In this document: piece by piece, positions 1 to 10,201 of the stretch
Layout: each line of letters starts with the position of its first letter
How positions within the stretch are numbered: position 1 is the first letter of the stretch
Assembly (NCBI RefSeq): GCF_004010195.1
Contig: NC_057719.1
Coordinates: forward strand, 33,485,866 to 33,505,865
Origin: Chiloscyllium plagiosum
Taxonomy: Eukaryota
DNA length: 20,000 nt
Direction of reading: 5' to 3'
Notes under the pieces: model-generated
Seen by the model: only the letters and a program-made list of their open reading frames with translations
The model's database searches: none
What the model was told of the DNA's origin: nothing
Program-made: the position numbers and the translations under genes

Positions 1-467
1 AGAAGACAGAGGGGGTAGCAGAGGGTTGCTTTTCAGACTAGAGGCCTGTGACCAGCAGTGTGCCACAAGGATTGGTGCTGGGTTCACTGCTTTTTGTCAT
101 TTATACAAACAATTTGGATGTGAATATAGGAGGTATGTTTAATAACTTTGCAGGTAACATCAAAATAAGTGGTGTAGTGAACAGTGAAGAAGATTATCTT
201 AGAATACAATGGGACCTTGATCAGATGGGCCAGTGGTCCGAGAAGTGGCAGATGGTGTGTCTATGGAATGAGCTGCCAGAGGATGTGGTGGGGACTGGTA
301 TGATTACGACATTTAAAAGGCATCTGGATGGGTATATGAATAAGAAGGGTTAAGAGGGATATGGGCCAAATGCTGATAAATGGGATGAGGTCAGAGCGGG
401 ATGTCTGGTCAGCGCAGACAAGTTGGAATGAAGGGTATGTTTCCGTTCTGTATAATTCTATGACTCT
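1..467 (+). mobile_element. CR1-clade LINE 3' fragment (RT remnant joined to C-terminus and 3'UTR by an internal deletion)
   Basis: ORF 48..353 reads SSVPQGLVLGSLLFVIYTNNLD (RT PQG motif) and FAGNIKISG (degenerate FADDTK), then jumps at ~255 to VCLWNELPE...FKRHLDGYMN. Ends in the CR1-type tail ATTCTATGACTCT. Confidence 0.92.
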
Positions 468-469
468 GA

Positions 470-565
470 GTAGTTGGCTGTTAACTGGCCTCAGCTCAAG
501 GGCAACCAAGAATAGGAAATAAATACTTACTTGCCAGTTATGGCCATATTTAAAGAAAGAATAAA
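470..565 (+). mobile_element. Degenerate 3' part of an old SINE/LINE tail (DeuSINE/SacSINE-like)
   Basis: CTCAAGGGCAACCAAGAATAGGAAATAAATA...CTTGCCAG...CCATATT...AAAGAATAAA resembles the 3' end of a common shark repeat as I recall it; no alignment run. Confidence 0.4.
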
Positions 566-1115
566 GGGAAAAGAAATTAGCTGAACTTGCAGAGAGTCTT
601 GTTTCAGGTCTGAATATGGAGAAGAAAGATCAGCACTCAATCTGTCTGGTTAAGGAAATCCTCAGTTACGCTGCTAATGCAGGTCCTGTGACTTTCCAAT
701 TACAACAGTGGTGAGCCAATCAGCACTCATATCTCAACATAATTCCACCCCCTGCCCCCAAAATGGCTAGCTCAGGTGCACAATAAAATACCGTTTCATC
801 ATAAATTGGGGAAAGGTCATCTTTTGTCATATTTCCTGAATTTCACACTTCCTTGTGACACCAGGTCCAACAGTTCTCATTCACTCTACCTAAATGTAAA
901 ATGCTCCATTTTCCTCCGGCCCATCACACAGCAAGAAGCCAAACAGTAACAGATGGTGGCTTGAACAAACATCACATCCTGAAGTAAATGTCCCTTAGCA
1001 AACTTTTCTGCGCATGTCCACATCTTGAAAGCATCATTCAAATAAAAATTCAGATGAATTTGAGGAGTTAAAAACTAGAATGGAAGAGAATATATTCATA
1101 GATTGTTACTTCTAG

Positions 1116-1183
1116 ATTTGAAACAAAAGTTCCATGGGCTGTACAGGCAGTGAGCTCCGGTACTGCCTATATGGAGAATCAAA
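1116..1183 (+). other. Candidate 68-nt exon
   Basis: Acceptor ttacttctag, donor AAA|gtaagc. One frame is open: FETKVPWAVQAVSSGTAYMENQ (phase 2 to phase 1). Unique, non-repeat sequence. Confidence 0.35.
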
Positions 1184-1644
1184 GTAAGCCTGCTGGTAAC
1201 ATCTCTTTGGAATTGAATTTCTTCTATTTTTGATTTCTGGGTAACTGCTGATCAGAGATAAAAGTGAAAAAGCAATGCTGTTGGGTGTGGGTGTTTGAGC
1301 TTAAGGATATATTCTATGTGATCAAAAATAATTCATAAATCAAAATAAATGGCAATGATTCTGTGTTTTACACAGTTGCAAAATATGATATTATTTATAT
1401 CAATGCATTAATTTGTTGATACAGATTTACTCTATGTGAAATAATGGATTAACAACGGGATTCTAAGAAGTCTTGATGTGTGGTGCGAGGTCACATGACT
1501 AGATGGGAATCTGGAGCTGTCCTATTAAGAAGGCATTCAAAGTTCATTGAGAATGTTAAATAGGAAATTTGTAAATAAAAAAAAATTGTGTCGAAATGGA
1601 AAAAGATCCCAACAGAGTTAATCAAAATATAATCAGGCTCCATT

Positions 1645-2162
1645 TCATGAAGAAAGGTTGAGCCAGTACTCAATGGAGTTTAGAAAAATGAGAGGTAACC
1701 TTATGGAAACATACAAGATTCCCTTTGGGAATTGACAGGGTATATGCAGAAAGGCCATTTCTCCTCATGGGAAGTGATTAGGACCAGATGGCATGAACTC
1801 AGAACAAGGGGTCACACATCTAAGATACAGTTAAGGAGGAATTTCTTCTCTCAGAGGATAGTGAATCTATGGAATTCTCTACCACAGAGGGCTGTTGAAT
1901 TTACTTATTGACCCAATCTCAAGGGTGAGATAGACAGCAAGGAAATCCAAGGTAATCAGAAAAGTGGAGTTGTGGATAATCAAATTATCTTGATCTCATT
2001 GAATGGTGGAGTAGACTGAATGACAAACAAAAACAGAAATTGCTGGAAAAGATCTGTCAGCATCTGTCGAGAGAAATCAAAGTTAACATTTTGGGTTGAA
2101 TGACCCTTTCTCAAAACAGAAGTCTCATTGGGTTGAATGCCCTAACTGTACTCATGGTCTTA
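1645..2162 (+). mobile_element. Older CR1 subfamily 3' fragment, interrupted by a PLE-like insertion
   Basis: TGGAGTTTAGAAAAATGAGAGGTAACCTTATGGAAACATACAAG...AATTTCTTCTCTCAGAGGATAGTGAATCTATGGAATTCTCTACC matches the CR1 ORF2 C-terminus (NFFSQRIVNLWNSLP). The 3'UTR continues after ~2120 to CTCATGGTCT. Confidence 0.8.
2023..2120 (-). mobile_element. Penelope-like terminus, family B (degenerate hammerhead core)
   Basis: Homologous to 8681-8778 and 13805-13930 (AAACAGAAATTGCTGGAAAA...CAGCATCTG...GTTAACATTTTGGG...TGACCCTT). Sits inside a CR1 3'UTR. Confidence 0.7.
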
Positions 2163-2445
2163 ACAGCTCAACAAGATGACAGGACACCATATAAGATATT
2201 TAGCAAAATAAGTGGGAACAAGAGGAGTGAACACTGCGTTTGAATCTGATTGCAAGATTTAATCAGAAAATATAGATAACATTACCTTGAAGAATAGTAC
2301 TCCTATAATTCTGCGTTTAAACAAGAGGAAGTTTCCCCTTTGGTAGCCTCACATCAAATTAGATTTGGGCGCAGTTCTGCAATCTGTGTTGACTGGAAAT
2401 GGATTATGAACCTAACCCACAAAGTAATTCAACAGATCACATGGT

Positions 2446-3513
2446 GGAGCTACAGGGAAAAGCTGTACAGGCTGGGGCTCTTTTCCCGGGAGTGTCAGAG
2501 GCTGAGAGGTGACCTTATAGAGGTGTAAAAAATCATGAGAGACACAGATAAGGTAAATAGAGTGCAGGTTCATAGCTCCTTGAAAGTGGAATCGCAGGTA
2601 GATAGGATAGTGAAGGCGGCATTTCGTATGCTTTCCTTTATTGGTCAGAGTATTGAGTACAGGAGTTGGGAGGTCATGTTGCTGCTGTATAGGACATTGG
2701 TTAGACCACAGTCAGAATATTGCATGCAATTCTGGTCTCCTTCCTATCGGAAGGGTGTTATGAAACTTGAAAGGTTCAGAAAAGGATGTTGCCAGGGTTG
2801 GAGGATTTGAGCTATAGGGAGAGGCTGAACAGGCTGGGGCTGTTTTCCCTGAAGCGTTGGAGGCTGAGGGATGATCTTATAGAGCTTTACAAAATTTATG
2901 AGGGGCATGGTTGGATAAATAGACAAAAGTTTTTTCCCTGAGATGGGTGAGTCCAGAACTAGAGGGCATAGATTTAGGGTGAGAGGGAAAATATATAAAA
3001 GAGACCTAAGGGGCAACTTTTTCATATAGAGGGTGGTACATGTATGGAATGAGCTGCCAGAGAAAGTGGTGGAGGCTAGTACAATTGCAACATTTAAAAG
3101 GCATTTGAATGGGTATATGAATCAGAAGGGTTTGGAGGGATATGGGCCGGGGACTAGATTGGGTTGGAATATCTGGTCAGCATGGACGGGTTGGACCGAA
3201 GGATCTTTTCCGTGCTGTAGATCTCTGTGACTCTATGATTTTATGACAAGGTCTTTTCCCTGGGCTGGGGGAGTCCAGAACTAGAGGGCATAACTTTAGG
3301 GTGAGAAGGGAAAAATGTTAAAGGGACCTAAGGGGCAACCTTTTCACACAGAAGTTGATATGTGTATGGAATGAACTGCCAGAGGAAGTGGTGGAGGCTG
3401 GATCAATTACAAGATTTAAAAGGCATCTCGATGGGTATATGAATAGGAAGGATTTGGTTGGCAAGGACGAGTTGGGCCGAAGGGTCTGTTTCCAAGTTGT
3501 ACATCTCTATGAC
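2446..3513 (+). mobile_element. CR1 3' fragment (outer copy: 2446-2561 plus 3247-3513)
   Basis: SYREKLYRLGLFSRECQRLRGDLIEV...GATAAGGTAAATAGA resumes as CAAGGTCTTTTCCCTGGG at 3247, then VWNELPEEVVEAG...FKRHLDGYMN and a CTCTATGAC tail. Confidence 0.88.
2562..3246 (+). mobile_element. CR1 3' fragment (inner copy, nested in the outer CR1)
   Basis: VQVHSSLKVESQVDRIVKAAF...IEYRSWEVMLLLYRTLVRPQSEYCMQFWSP..., then VWNELPEKVVEAS..., with tail CTCTGTGACTCTATGATTTTATGA. Contains frameshifts. Confidence 0.92.
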
Positions 3514-4454
3514 GTTTGTGGTGGCATCATCTGGTAGTGGCAAGGTCATCAGCGGTTGGTCAGAAAGTGAGGATTGTTCCGCTTAGAACAGGATGCTGGA
3601 TACACATGATCATGCAGAAGCCAAACAATTAACTATGCATGGTTAAGGAAAATGGCACACAATACAGTGATGACAGTGGGATATCTCTGCCTTCACCTCA
3701 AAGTGCTGAAGGTCCAGGTCATCATATTTAGTGCATACCCAGACTGGTGTTTATTCCCTACAGTCTAGTGTTACTGTGGCTGTATTTGGAGACTCAACAG
3801 CTGTTATTGGAATCCTGCGATCTTTCAAACTCCCAAAAAGCCAACTGCCACTATAATCGAACATCAGCTCATGCATATAGTTTTTCCTGGTCTATCTCAA
3901 CTAAACCTGTCAAAATCTTTTACATCCTTATGTCATCTCACCTTAATTTCAGCTAGAGAAGTGACGATATGTAAGAAGGAACACCAGAGCTTGGGCCAAG
4001 ACAGTTAAACCGATTGGGATGCACTGATGGCCAAATTAGAAGGTGAATATTATTCAGTTTTAAGTATTGCTAGAATGGTTTGACATGTGGCTGTGCAAGT
4101 CTCCATTTGAGTTCTGTTCCAAGCAACGGATAGGTTTAATATGGGGAGACTAATATCTTTTGACAGTCCAACAAGGGGACATTTCTAATAAATAACTGAG
4201 ACTGAGACTCCTGACAAATCTGTTGGCATGGCTGCTTCTTATTTTGCTGATTTTGCAATATCTAAGATGTGCAAGTGTTTTAGCACACAACCAAAAAGAA
4301 ATATGCATAGCAACGAAATAGACCACACTGCTTTCAATATGTAGCATTTGGCATAAGTTAAGAATTACTTAACACTGTGTCAAATTTGTTACTGAAACTG
4401 ATGTAAGTCCCTGTGTCACTAAGTGCCACTTAGTTTTAATCAATCTATTCAGAT

Positions 4455-4534
4455 GTGGTGTAACACAATTGCCAGGGGTTGAACCCAACCTTTTTGGTAC
4501 AGAGAGATTAGGATATTAGCACTACACTACAAGA
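4455..4534 (-). mobile_element. Degenerate tRNA-derived SINE head
   Basis: Minus strand reads TAGTGTAGTG (A-box-like) ... GGTTCAACCCC (B-box-like) at tRNA-like spacing. Confidence 0.4.
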
Positions 4535-4560
4535 TACTCTACTGGAGTCAGGCTGGGTAA

Positions 4561-4716
4561 AATCATAGTCATCCCAGAGGACCACAGGGTTGCTCTCTGA
4601 GAGAGATCACTGGTGGTGAGTTTAACCTCACCTCAGATTTGGGAAGAGGTTGAAAAGGCAAGACCTTAATGGAGTGGAAATTGAACCATGCCATCGCAAA
4701 CCAGCCAACTGAGTTG
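4561..4716 (-). mobile_element. tRNA-derived SINE (non-HE1 family), degenerate
   Basis: Minus strand reads AACTCAGTTGGCTGGTTTGCGATG...GGTTCAATTTCC (A/B boxes), then TCAACCTCTTCCC...GAGGTTAAACTCACCACCAG...GAGAGCAACCCTGTGGTCCTCTGGGATGACTATG, as I recall for a shark SINE. Confidence 0.6.
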
Positions 4717-5665
4717 TACAAATGCACAAATTCCATCTGTCTAATTGACTCTCTCGTAAAGACAATTGCATGTGTAGTTGGTTACCTTTAACAAGTTCTT
4801 GGCTGTGAACAGAATTATTGCACAAATTAACAAAATCATCCGAAACTTCTTAACTCTCTCACTGAACATCTAATTATAATAACTTTACATAAGTCACTCA
4901 AAATGAAAGTAATATGGAACAAATTCTAAATCCACTGAGGAACATTGCCCAGATTGGTCAAATCACTGAACACATCACCCTGGTTAATTTGCCAGGCAAG
5001 AAATGTAACCTTTACTACAACAATAGGTCGCAGTGAATTGACATGGGTCATTGTCTTTGAACTGCTGCAGCTAAAAAATTTAAGAGGACTCTGACTAACT
5101 GTTTAACTAGAAAATAGTCTGGTAAAAGAAGACAATGCAACATGACTTGACGGTGAATGCAGGCTTGAAATTCAAGTAGTTCTTCTTTTTGATACAAACA
5201 TGACACAGCTGCACCCCTGTCAGGCCAAGAACAAGACTTCACACTTTCATCAATAACACTTAGGGAGAAGATAGTTGATCAATCAAATGTCATGCTGGAT
5301 TAAAGAAATCATTTTCATCCTCTAAAGGGAGCCAAGTCCAGCAGAGTTGTTTGTATCATCTCATGATGCATTTCTAAGCAATTGGAAGAGTTGATACAGG
5401 CATGTCCAAATACAGCACATGATATTCAAAAATTAGAGATAAACATCAAAAGGTTTCAAAATGTCAATGGCACAAGTCACCATCACCTCTATAGTGACAA
5501 TAGCATGGCACAGCTTGGACAAAGACAAAATTCCAGCTGTACTGTCAGCAATTGAAGGATTCTGATTCTTGTTGGAGGAAGAACATTCTTGCTGTCATTA
5601 CTGCTTTTTATTAAGTATGTTTATCACTCTTGTTAAATGAATTCTACTTTGTGTCCACATTGTAG

Positions 5666-5703
5666 GTGAGCTCAGTGAGACCTGGAGAAGCTGTGAATTT
5701 GAG
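5666..5703 (+). other. Candidate 38-nt exon starting at an AG|GTGAG junction
   Basis: Pyrimidine-rich ttctactttgtgtccacattgtag acceptor and GAG|gtacaa donor. Reads VSSVRPGEAVNL(R), phase 0 to 2 and in frame with 6981-7091, or (S)ELSETWRSCEFE, phase 1 to 0. Confidence 0.3.
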
Positions 5704-5891
5704 GTACAAAATTAAATTTCCTACAGATACTAGCAATCTGAATTTTCAATCAGGTTCGATTGTACAGTTATTGCAGTAAATTCAGCCTTAAAATTGACAC
5801 AGCTATTATATGAACAATCAACGCACTAAATTAGCACAAACACCAGTGAGACAATGAACCAGGTTATCTGCACTTTTGTTGACTGGACTCA

Positions 5892-6531
5892 GACATTTAC
5901 AACAGAGAAGGTGGTCTTTGGCCCATAATATCTGTACAGTTCAATAAAGATCTGACTACACAAATCCCACTTTCTAGTTTGTGGTCCATATGGCAACTGA
6001 AGCAGAAATCTAAATACTCTTTAAATCTTGACTCAAAACATCCTTTCAGATAGTGAGTTCCAGACACCAAAGACCCTCAAAGAAAAAAAAATCTTCATTC
6101 ACCTCAGCCATCTACTCATTACCTTAAACTTATACCCCTGATTGTCGACCACTCTCAAATGAAAATGTACTTTCCAATCTCTCTCATTCACTTCTATCAG
6201 GTATTCTTTCAGCCTTCACTACTCCAAGGAAAACTAACCCCAGCCTATCCAAATCTTTCTTGATAGGTTAGACCCTATAGTTCAGGCAGCAACTGGCAAA
6301 TCTTCTCTGCGTCCTCACTAGTGCAATCACATCTTTTCTAACATGTGACTACCAGAAGTGCACAGAGCGCTCCAGTTGTGGCCTAACCAGTGTTTTATAT
6401 AGTTCCAGCATAACCTCTTTGCTCTTGTTTTCTATGCGTCTGCTAATAAAAGGCAAATAATACATATGCCTTCTTAACCACCTTGTCTATCTGCCTTTCT
6501 ACCTTCATATCGGTGGATGTGCCCACCAAGG
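5892..6531 (-). mobile_element. Old CR1 3' fragment, antisense
   Basis: Reverse-complement CR1 signatures: CAGCCTTCACTACTCCAAGGAAAAC..CCCAGCCTATCC, CTCCAGTTGTGGCCTAACCAGTGTTTTATATAGTTCCAGCATAACCTC, TATGCCTTCTTAACCACCTTGTCTATCTG. Confidence 0.85.
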
Positions 6532-6980
6532 AGCAAAGACAAAATTAAAAATGTACAAAATGAAGTGTATTCATAACGTCTAAAAATTAACCACAGCTAT
6601 TATATGAGCAACATGCATACAATGGTAATACTATTTTATTCCAAACATAGTCTACGTTGAGTATTATATTCATTAGACCATTGAAACATTTATACTATGT
6701 GACCCTGATGGTGTTGTACTATTTAAACATACATTTCAGCAGTCATCATTATACAATGCACAGTCTCATCACAAATCTTGCTGTCAAAATAGCTTGATGA
6801 TATTTTGTGATCATAGAAACTTGTATTACATTAATTTCCCAACTGAAGTGCACGAAAGTGGTGTATGGGAACTGTAGCGGTAATTGCTGGTTGTCATTTA
6901 GTTTAACAGTGGCTGGTTTGACTCTTGCCAGTTTCATTGAGTTTTAATGATGTTCAAAATAAACTGATTTTATTTTACAG

Positions 6981-7091
6981 ACTTTCTCAACGATTGGAGG
7001 ATCTAATTCCACGCCCTCACTGCTTTCCTGCTCCTCCAGAATGCAAAGAAATGATGAATAGGAGCAACGCATGTAAAGCAGGGCATAGAAT
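6981..7091 (+). other. Candidate 111-nt symmetric (phase 2-2) exon, product unknown
   Basis: Strong acceptor ctgattttattttacag and consensus donor AT|gtaagt. Only one frame is open throughout: LSQRLEDLIPRPHCFPAPPECKEMMNRSNACKAGHR. GC is higher than in the flanks. Confidence 0.55.
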
Positions 7092-7261
7092 GTAAGTGAA
7101 ACAATTTCTTTTCAATTTCCTTTATTTTACAAACAACACAAAAAATTCAAGGTTATTCTGATTAAAATAACATTCATAAAATTGCTCTTCATTTTATAAG
7201 AGATTCTATAATGTGTTCCAGTAGCTGTCTCCAGCTTAAATCCTATGTATCTATTTGTAGA

Positions 7262-7409
7262 AATGATTTGGAGATGCCAGTGTTAGACTGGGGTGAACAA
7301 AGTTAAAAATCACACAACACCAGGTCTAATGAAGGAGCAGCACTCCGAAAGCTAGTGCTTCCCAATAAACCTGTTGGACTATAAACTAGTGTTGTGTGAT
7401 TTTTAACTT
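7262..7409. mobile_element. Penelope-like terminus, family A, fold-back arrangement with mutated hammerhead core
   Basis: 7262-7325 matches 10112-10175 in the same orientation; 7326-7409 is the reverse complement of ~10150-10233. Perfect 21-bp inverted repeat at 7300-7320 / 7389-7409. Core reads CTAATGAAGGAGCAGCACTCCGAAAGCTAGTG. Confidence 0.85.
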
Positions 7410-7760
7410 CATATTTCTCGAAACCTATTTATGACATTAAAAAATGAAATACGCAAAATGCAAAGAAGAACGAAGCCAGAATAATAAAGAGAAATAACCA
7501 ATTTCATGCTGCTGCCAATCAGGACAAAATGGTATGCAGTAATCCTCATTTATTTAAGCATTGTGATTTATTGTTGAGACAACCAAAGTATGCAGAAGCT
7601 CATGAATTGAGTATAGCTTCATGTAAAGGGCACACTCTCTACTCGCTTATTATCAATCACTTTCAAGACCTGCCAATGTAGCAAATATCATCATCATTGC
7701 TTCTTTAGTTTTGGAAAACTGCCTGTATTGCAAAACTTGTCAGTATTGTATACTTTACAG

Positions 7761-7807
7761 TGTTAGAACAGGGCATCATCCCTTTGCAATGCTGTCTGCA
7801 CAAACAG
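7761..7807 (+). other. Candidate 47-nt exon
   Basis: Acceptor tatactttacag, strong donor CAG|gtgagc. Phase 2 to 1 frame VRTGHHPFAMLSAQT is compatible with 6981-7091 upstream. Confidence 0.4.
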
Positions 7808-7877
7808 GTGAGCAGACTTCTGGTTCTAGTCCTCATCAGCTTCAGATAGTTTGAGTGATTTGCATTTGCTTTGCTAG

Positions 7878-8006
7878 AATCAGCACGGACTCTGTGGCCG
7901 ATTTGGCTGAACTTGCTGTTGGAACATGGTGTTCATTGCAGAAACCCAGGAACCTCAAAAGAAAAAGGGAAACACAACTGGAGCAGGGACCTATTACCCT
8001 GGTCAG
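7878..8006 (+). other. Candidate 129-nt exon (two open frames)
   Basis: Acceptor ttgcatttgctttgctag, donor CAG|gtattt. Phase-2 frame ISTDSVADLAELAVGTWCSLQKPRNLKRKRETQLEQGPITLV and phase-1 frame SARTLWPIWLNLLLEHGVHCRNPG... are both open. Confidence 0.4.
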
Positions 8007-8680
8007 GTATTTTGATTTTCCTTTCAGCTTGGAGGTGTCCTCACACTTACCTAGATCTTCCAAACTCTCCAAGAGCCAAACTGTCTGAATTAACAGCCAT
8101 AGAGCTTCAAAAGATAACATTCACTCATTATTAGCCTCAAAGGTGAAAAATTAGCAGCATCGTCTTTCCAAATTATAATTTAAAATCTGTTAGTATCACA
8201 AGTTCAGACAACAGAGGCCAGGCAACTCATCAACCCTGTGCCTGTTCTCTTAAAAAGTCACCAGTTAATCCCACCCTGCAAAATGCTTTAATTAGCTCTC
8301 GTGTCTCTACATTTAAAAAAAAATGTTTTGATAACAGTGTCTATAAGAAGTTATAATTTGGGAAGTGCCACATGAATAGATATGCGAAATGTAAACTGAA
8401 ATATTGATGGATACCAGAGCTAGGAATACAGATGTATCCTGATATGGATAGTTCAACATGGATGCTCTGTGATGCAATCAGAGCTGTGTTTCCTTAAAGT
8501 GATGTATGATATTTTATTGTATTCTTTTACTGATAATTGTTTTATTAATTCAGTTCTGTAATATAGGTTTCTACCTTTGTCAATGCAGTGCGCCAAGTAC
8601 ATTTTAAAGTGCCATCACTCAAATCGTTTCATAAGTGCAGTTGCTAACACTAGGATACAATTACCGTGTCTGAACAGCCA

Positions 8681-8907
8681 CAGAAACACAAATTGCTGGA
8701 AAAACTCAGCAGGTCTGGCAGCATCCATGGAGAAAAAGTAGAGTTAACATTTTGAGTTCAGTGACCTTTCTTCAGAACTGGACTCTGGTCATTGAATCCG
8801 AAATGTTAACTCTTTCTCTGTCTACAGGTGCTACCTGATCTGCTGAGTTTGCCCATCAAAGTTTGTTTTATTTTCTGATTTCCAGCATCTGCTTTTTTTG
8901 TTTTTTA
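8681..8907. mobile_element. Penelope-like terminus, family B, fold-back element with probable target-site duplication
   Basis: Left arm AAACTCAGCAGGTCTGGCAGCATC...AGAGTTAACATTTTGAGTTCAGTGACC mirrors right arm GGTCATTGAATCCGAAATGTTAACTCT...GCTACCTGATCTGCTGAGTTT. Flanked by CTGAACAG at 8670-8677 and 8911-8918. Confidence 0.8.
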
Positions 8908-9028
8908 TGACTGAACAGACCTTGCTGTCAAACACAGCATGGTCTTAAGGGAGAGCCGGTATTTGATAACTGAAATGTGAACTAAATTGCAATGGTTAGC
9001 AAAAGGTAAATAAACTAAATGTAACAAT

Positions 9029-9342
9029 AGTTAGATTAGATTACATTACAGTGTGGAAACAGGCCCTTCGGCCCAACAAGTCCACACCGACCCGCCAAAG
9101 CGAAACCCACCCATACCCCTACATTTACCCCTTACCTAATACTATGGGCAATTTAGTATGGCCAATTCACCTGACCCTGCACATCTTTGCAAGGTGGGAG
9201 GAAACTAGAGCACCCGGAGGAAACCCACGCAGACACGGGGAAAACGTGCAAACTCCACACAGTCAGTCGCCTGAGGCGGGAATTGAACCCGGGTCTCTGG
9301 CGCTGTGAGGCAGCAGTGCTAACCACTGTGCCATCGCGCCAC
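9029..9342 (-). mobile_element. HE1-like tRNA-derived SINE, full length
   Basis: Reverse complement of 17807-18125. A-box TGGCACAGTGG, B-box GGTTCAATTCC, CR1-like 3' stem region and (TAATC)n tail. Confidence 0.92.
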
Positions 9343-10201
9343 TCATAAGTTACTTTTGATCCAGTCCAAAAAGCGACAGCAGAAAGGATCCCTTTTCAAA
9401 TATTGGATAGGAGCATGAAGCAAACTCCCATGATAAATGAACTCAATGTATTTAAACTTGCTAGGTAAGCAGCAAAACAAACAAATGAGCTGGTGTTGTC
9501 CAGCGTCCTACAGGTTTGTTCTTACCAGAGTGTTCAAGATTCTGATCAACTGGAATCTTGAACCTGCACTTGCTGGAAATTGGCACAAGATTTCCTGCAG
9601 GAACTTCTTATTAAGAATGGTAGGCTAGCTTTCGAAGTTGCTGGCCAACTCAGAGGGCCAGCAGCCCTGGAACCTTGGAAGTCCCAGCTGGACGGCTGTC
9701 TTTGGAACATGGTTCCTCAGGATCTGAATGCTTCCTGTTTTGCCAGAGGGAGGCTGTGTCCATTGAGATGGCAGCATCTGTGCATGATAAGGAGCTATTC
9801 CACCAGCAAAATGCTAATGAGGCCATAAACATCCGTCCTGTGAGACAGGCTGACTCAGTCCGATTGCTAGCACTTTGAGACATAAATGAAGAGGGAATTT
9901 AACAATCAGGGGCAGGAGTAGATAAAAAGGTGGCGAGAAACTTGTTCAGGTAGTTTTTTTTTTAAACTGTTGGTTGAGTCTAACATCTACTTAGCTCAAA
10001 AAAAAGACAACATGCTACTGTGTCCAAATGCCAAGATGGTGTTATCTAATCTGCTTGAAACTGGAAACTTCTAATCACCATAACATATTCATCTCTGCAG
10101 TGTACCAACAAAATGATTTGGAGATGCCGGTGTTGGACTGGGGTGTACAAAGTTAAAAATCACACAACACCAGGTTATAGTCCAACAGGTTTAATTGGAA
10201 G

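Noticed and set aside
3953..4042. Plus-strand exon bridging 1183 and 5666 (tttcag acceptor, AG|gtgaat donor)
   Set aside because: Stops in all frames from the good acceptor, so it cannot supply the needed phase 1 to 0 coding link.
9051..9308. ORFs over the SINEs (also 16824-17081 and 17765-18008)
   Set aside because: Chance translations of HE1-like SINE sequence.
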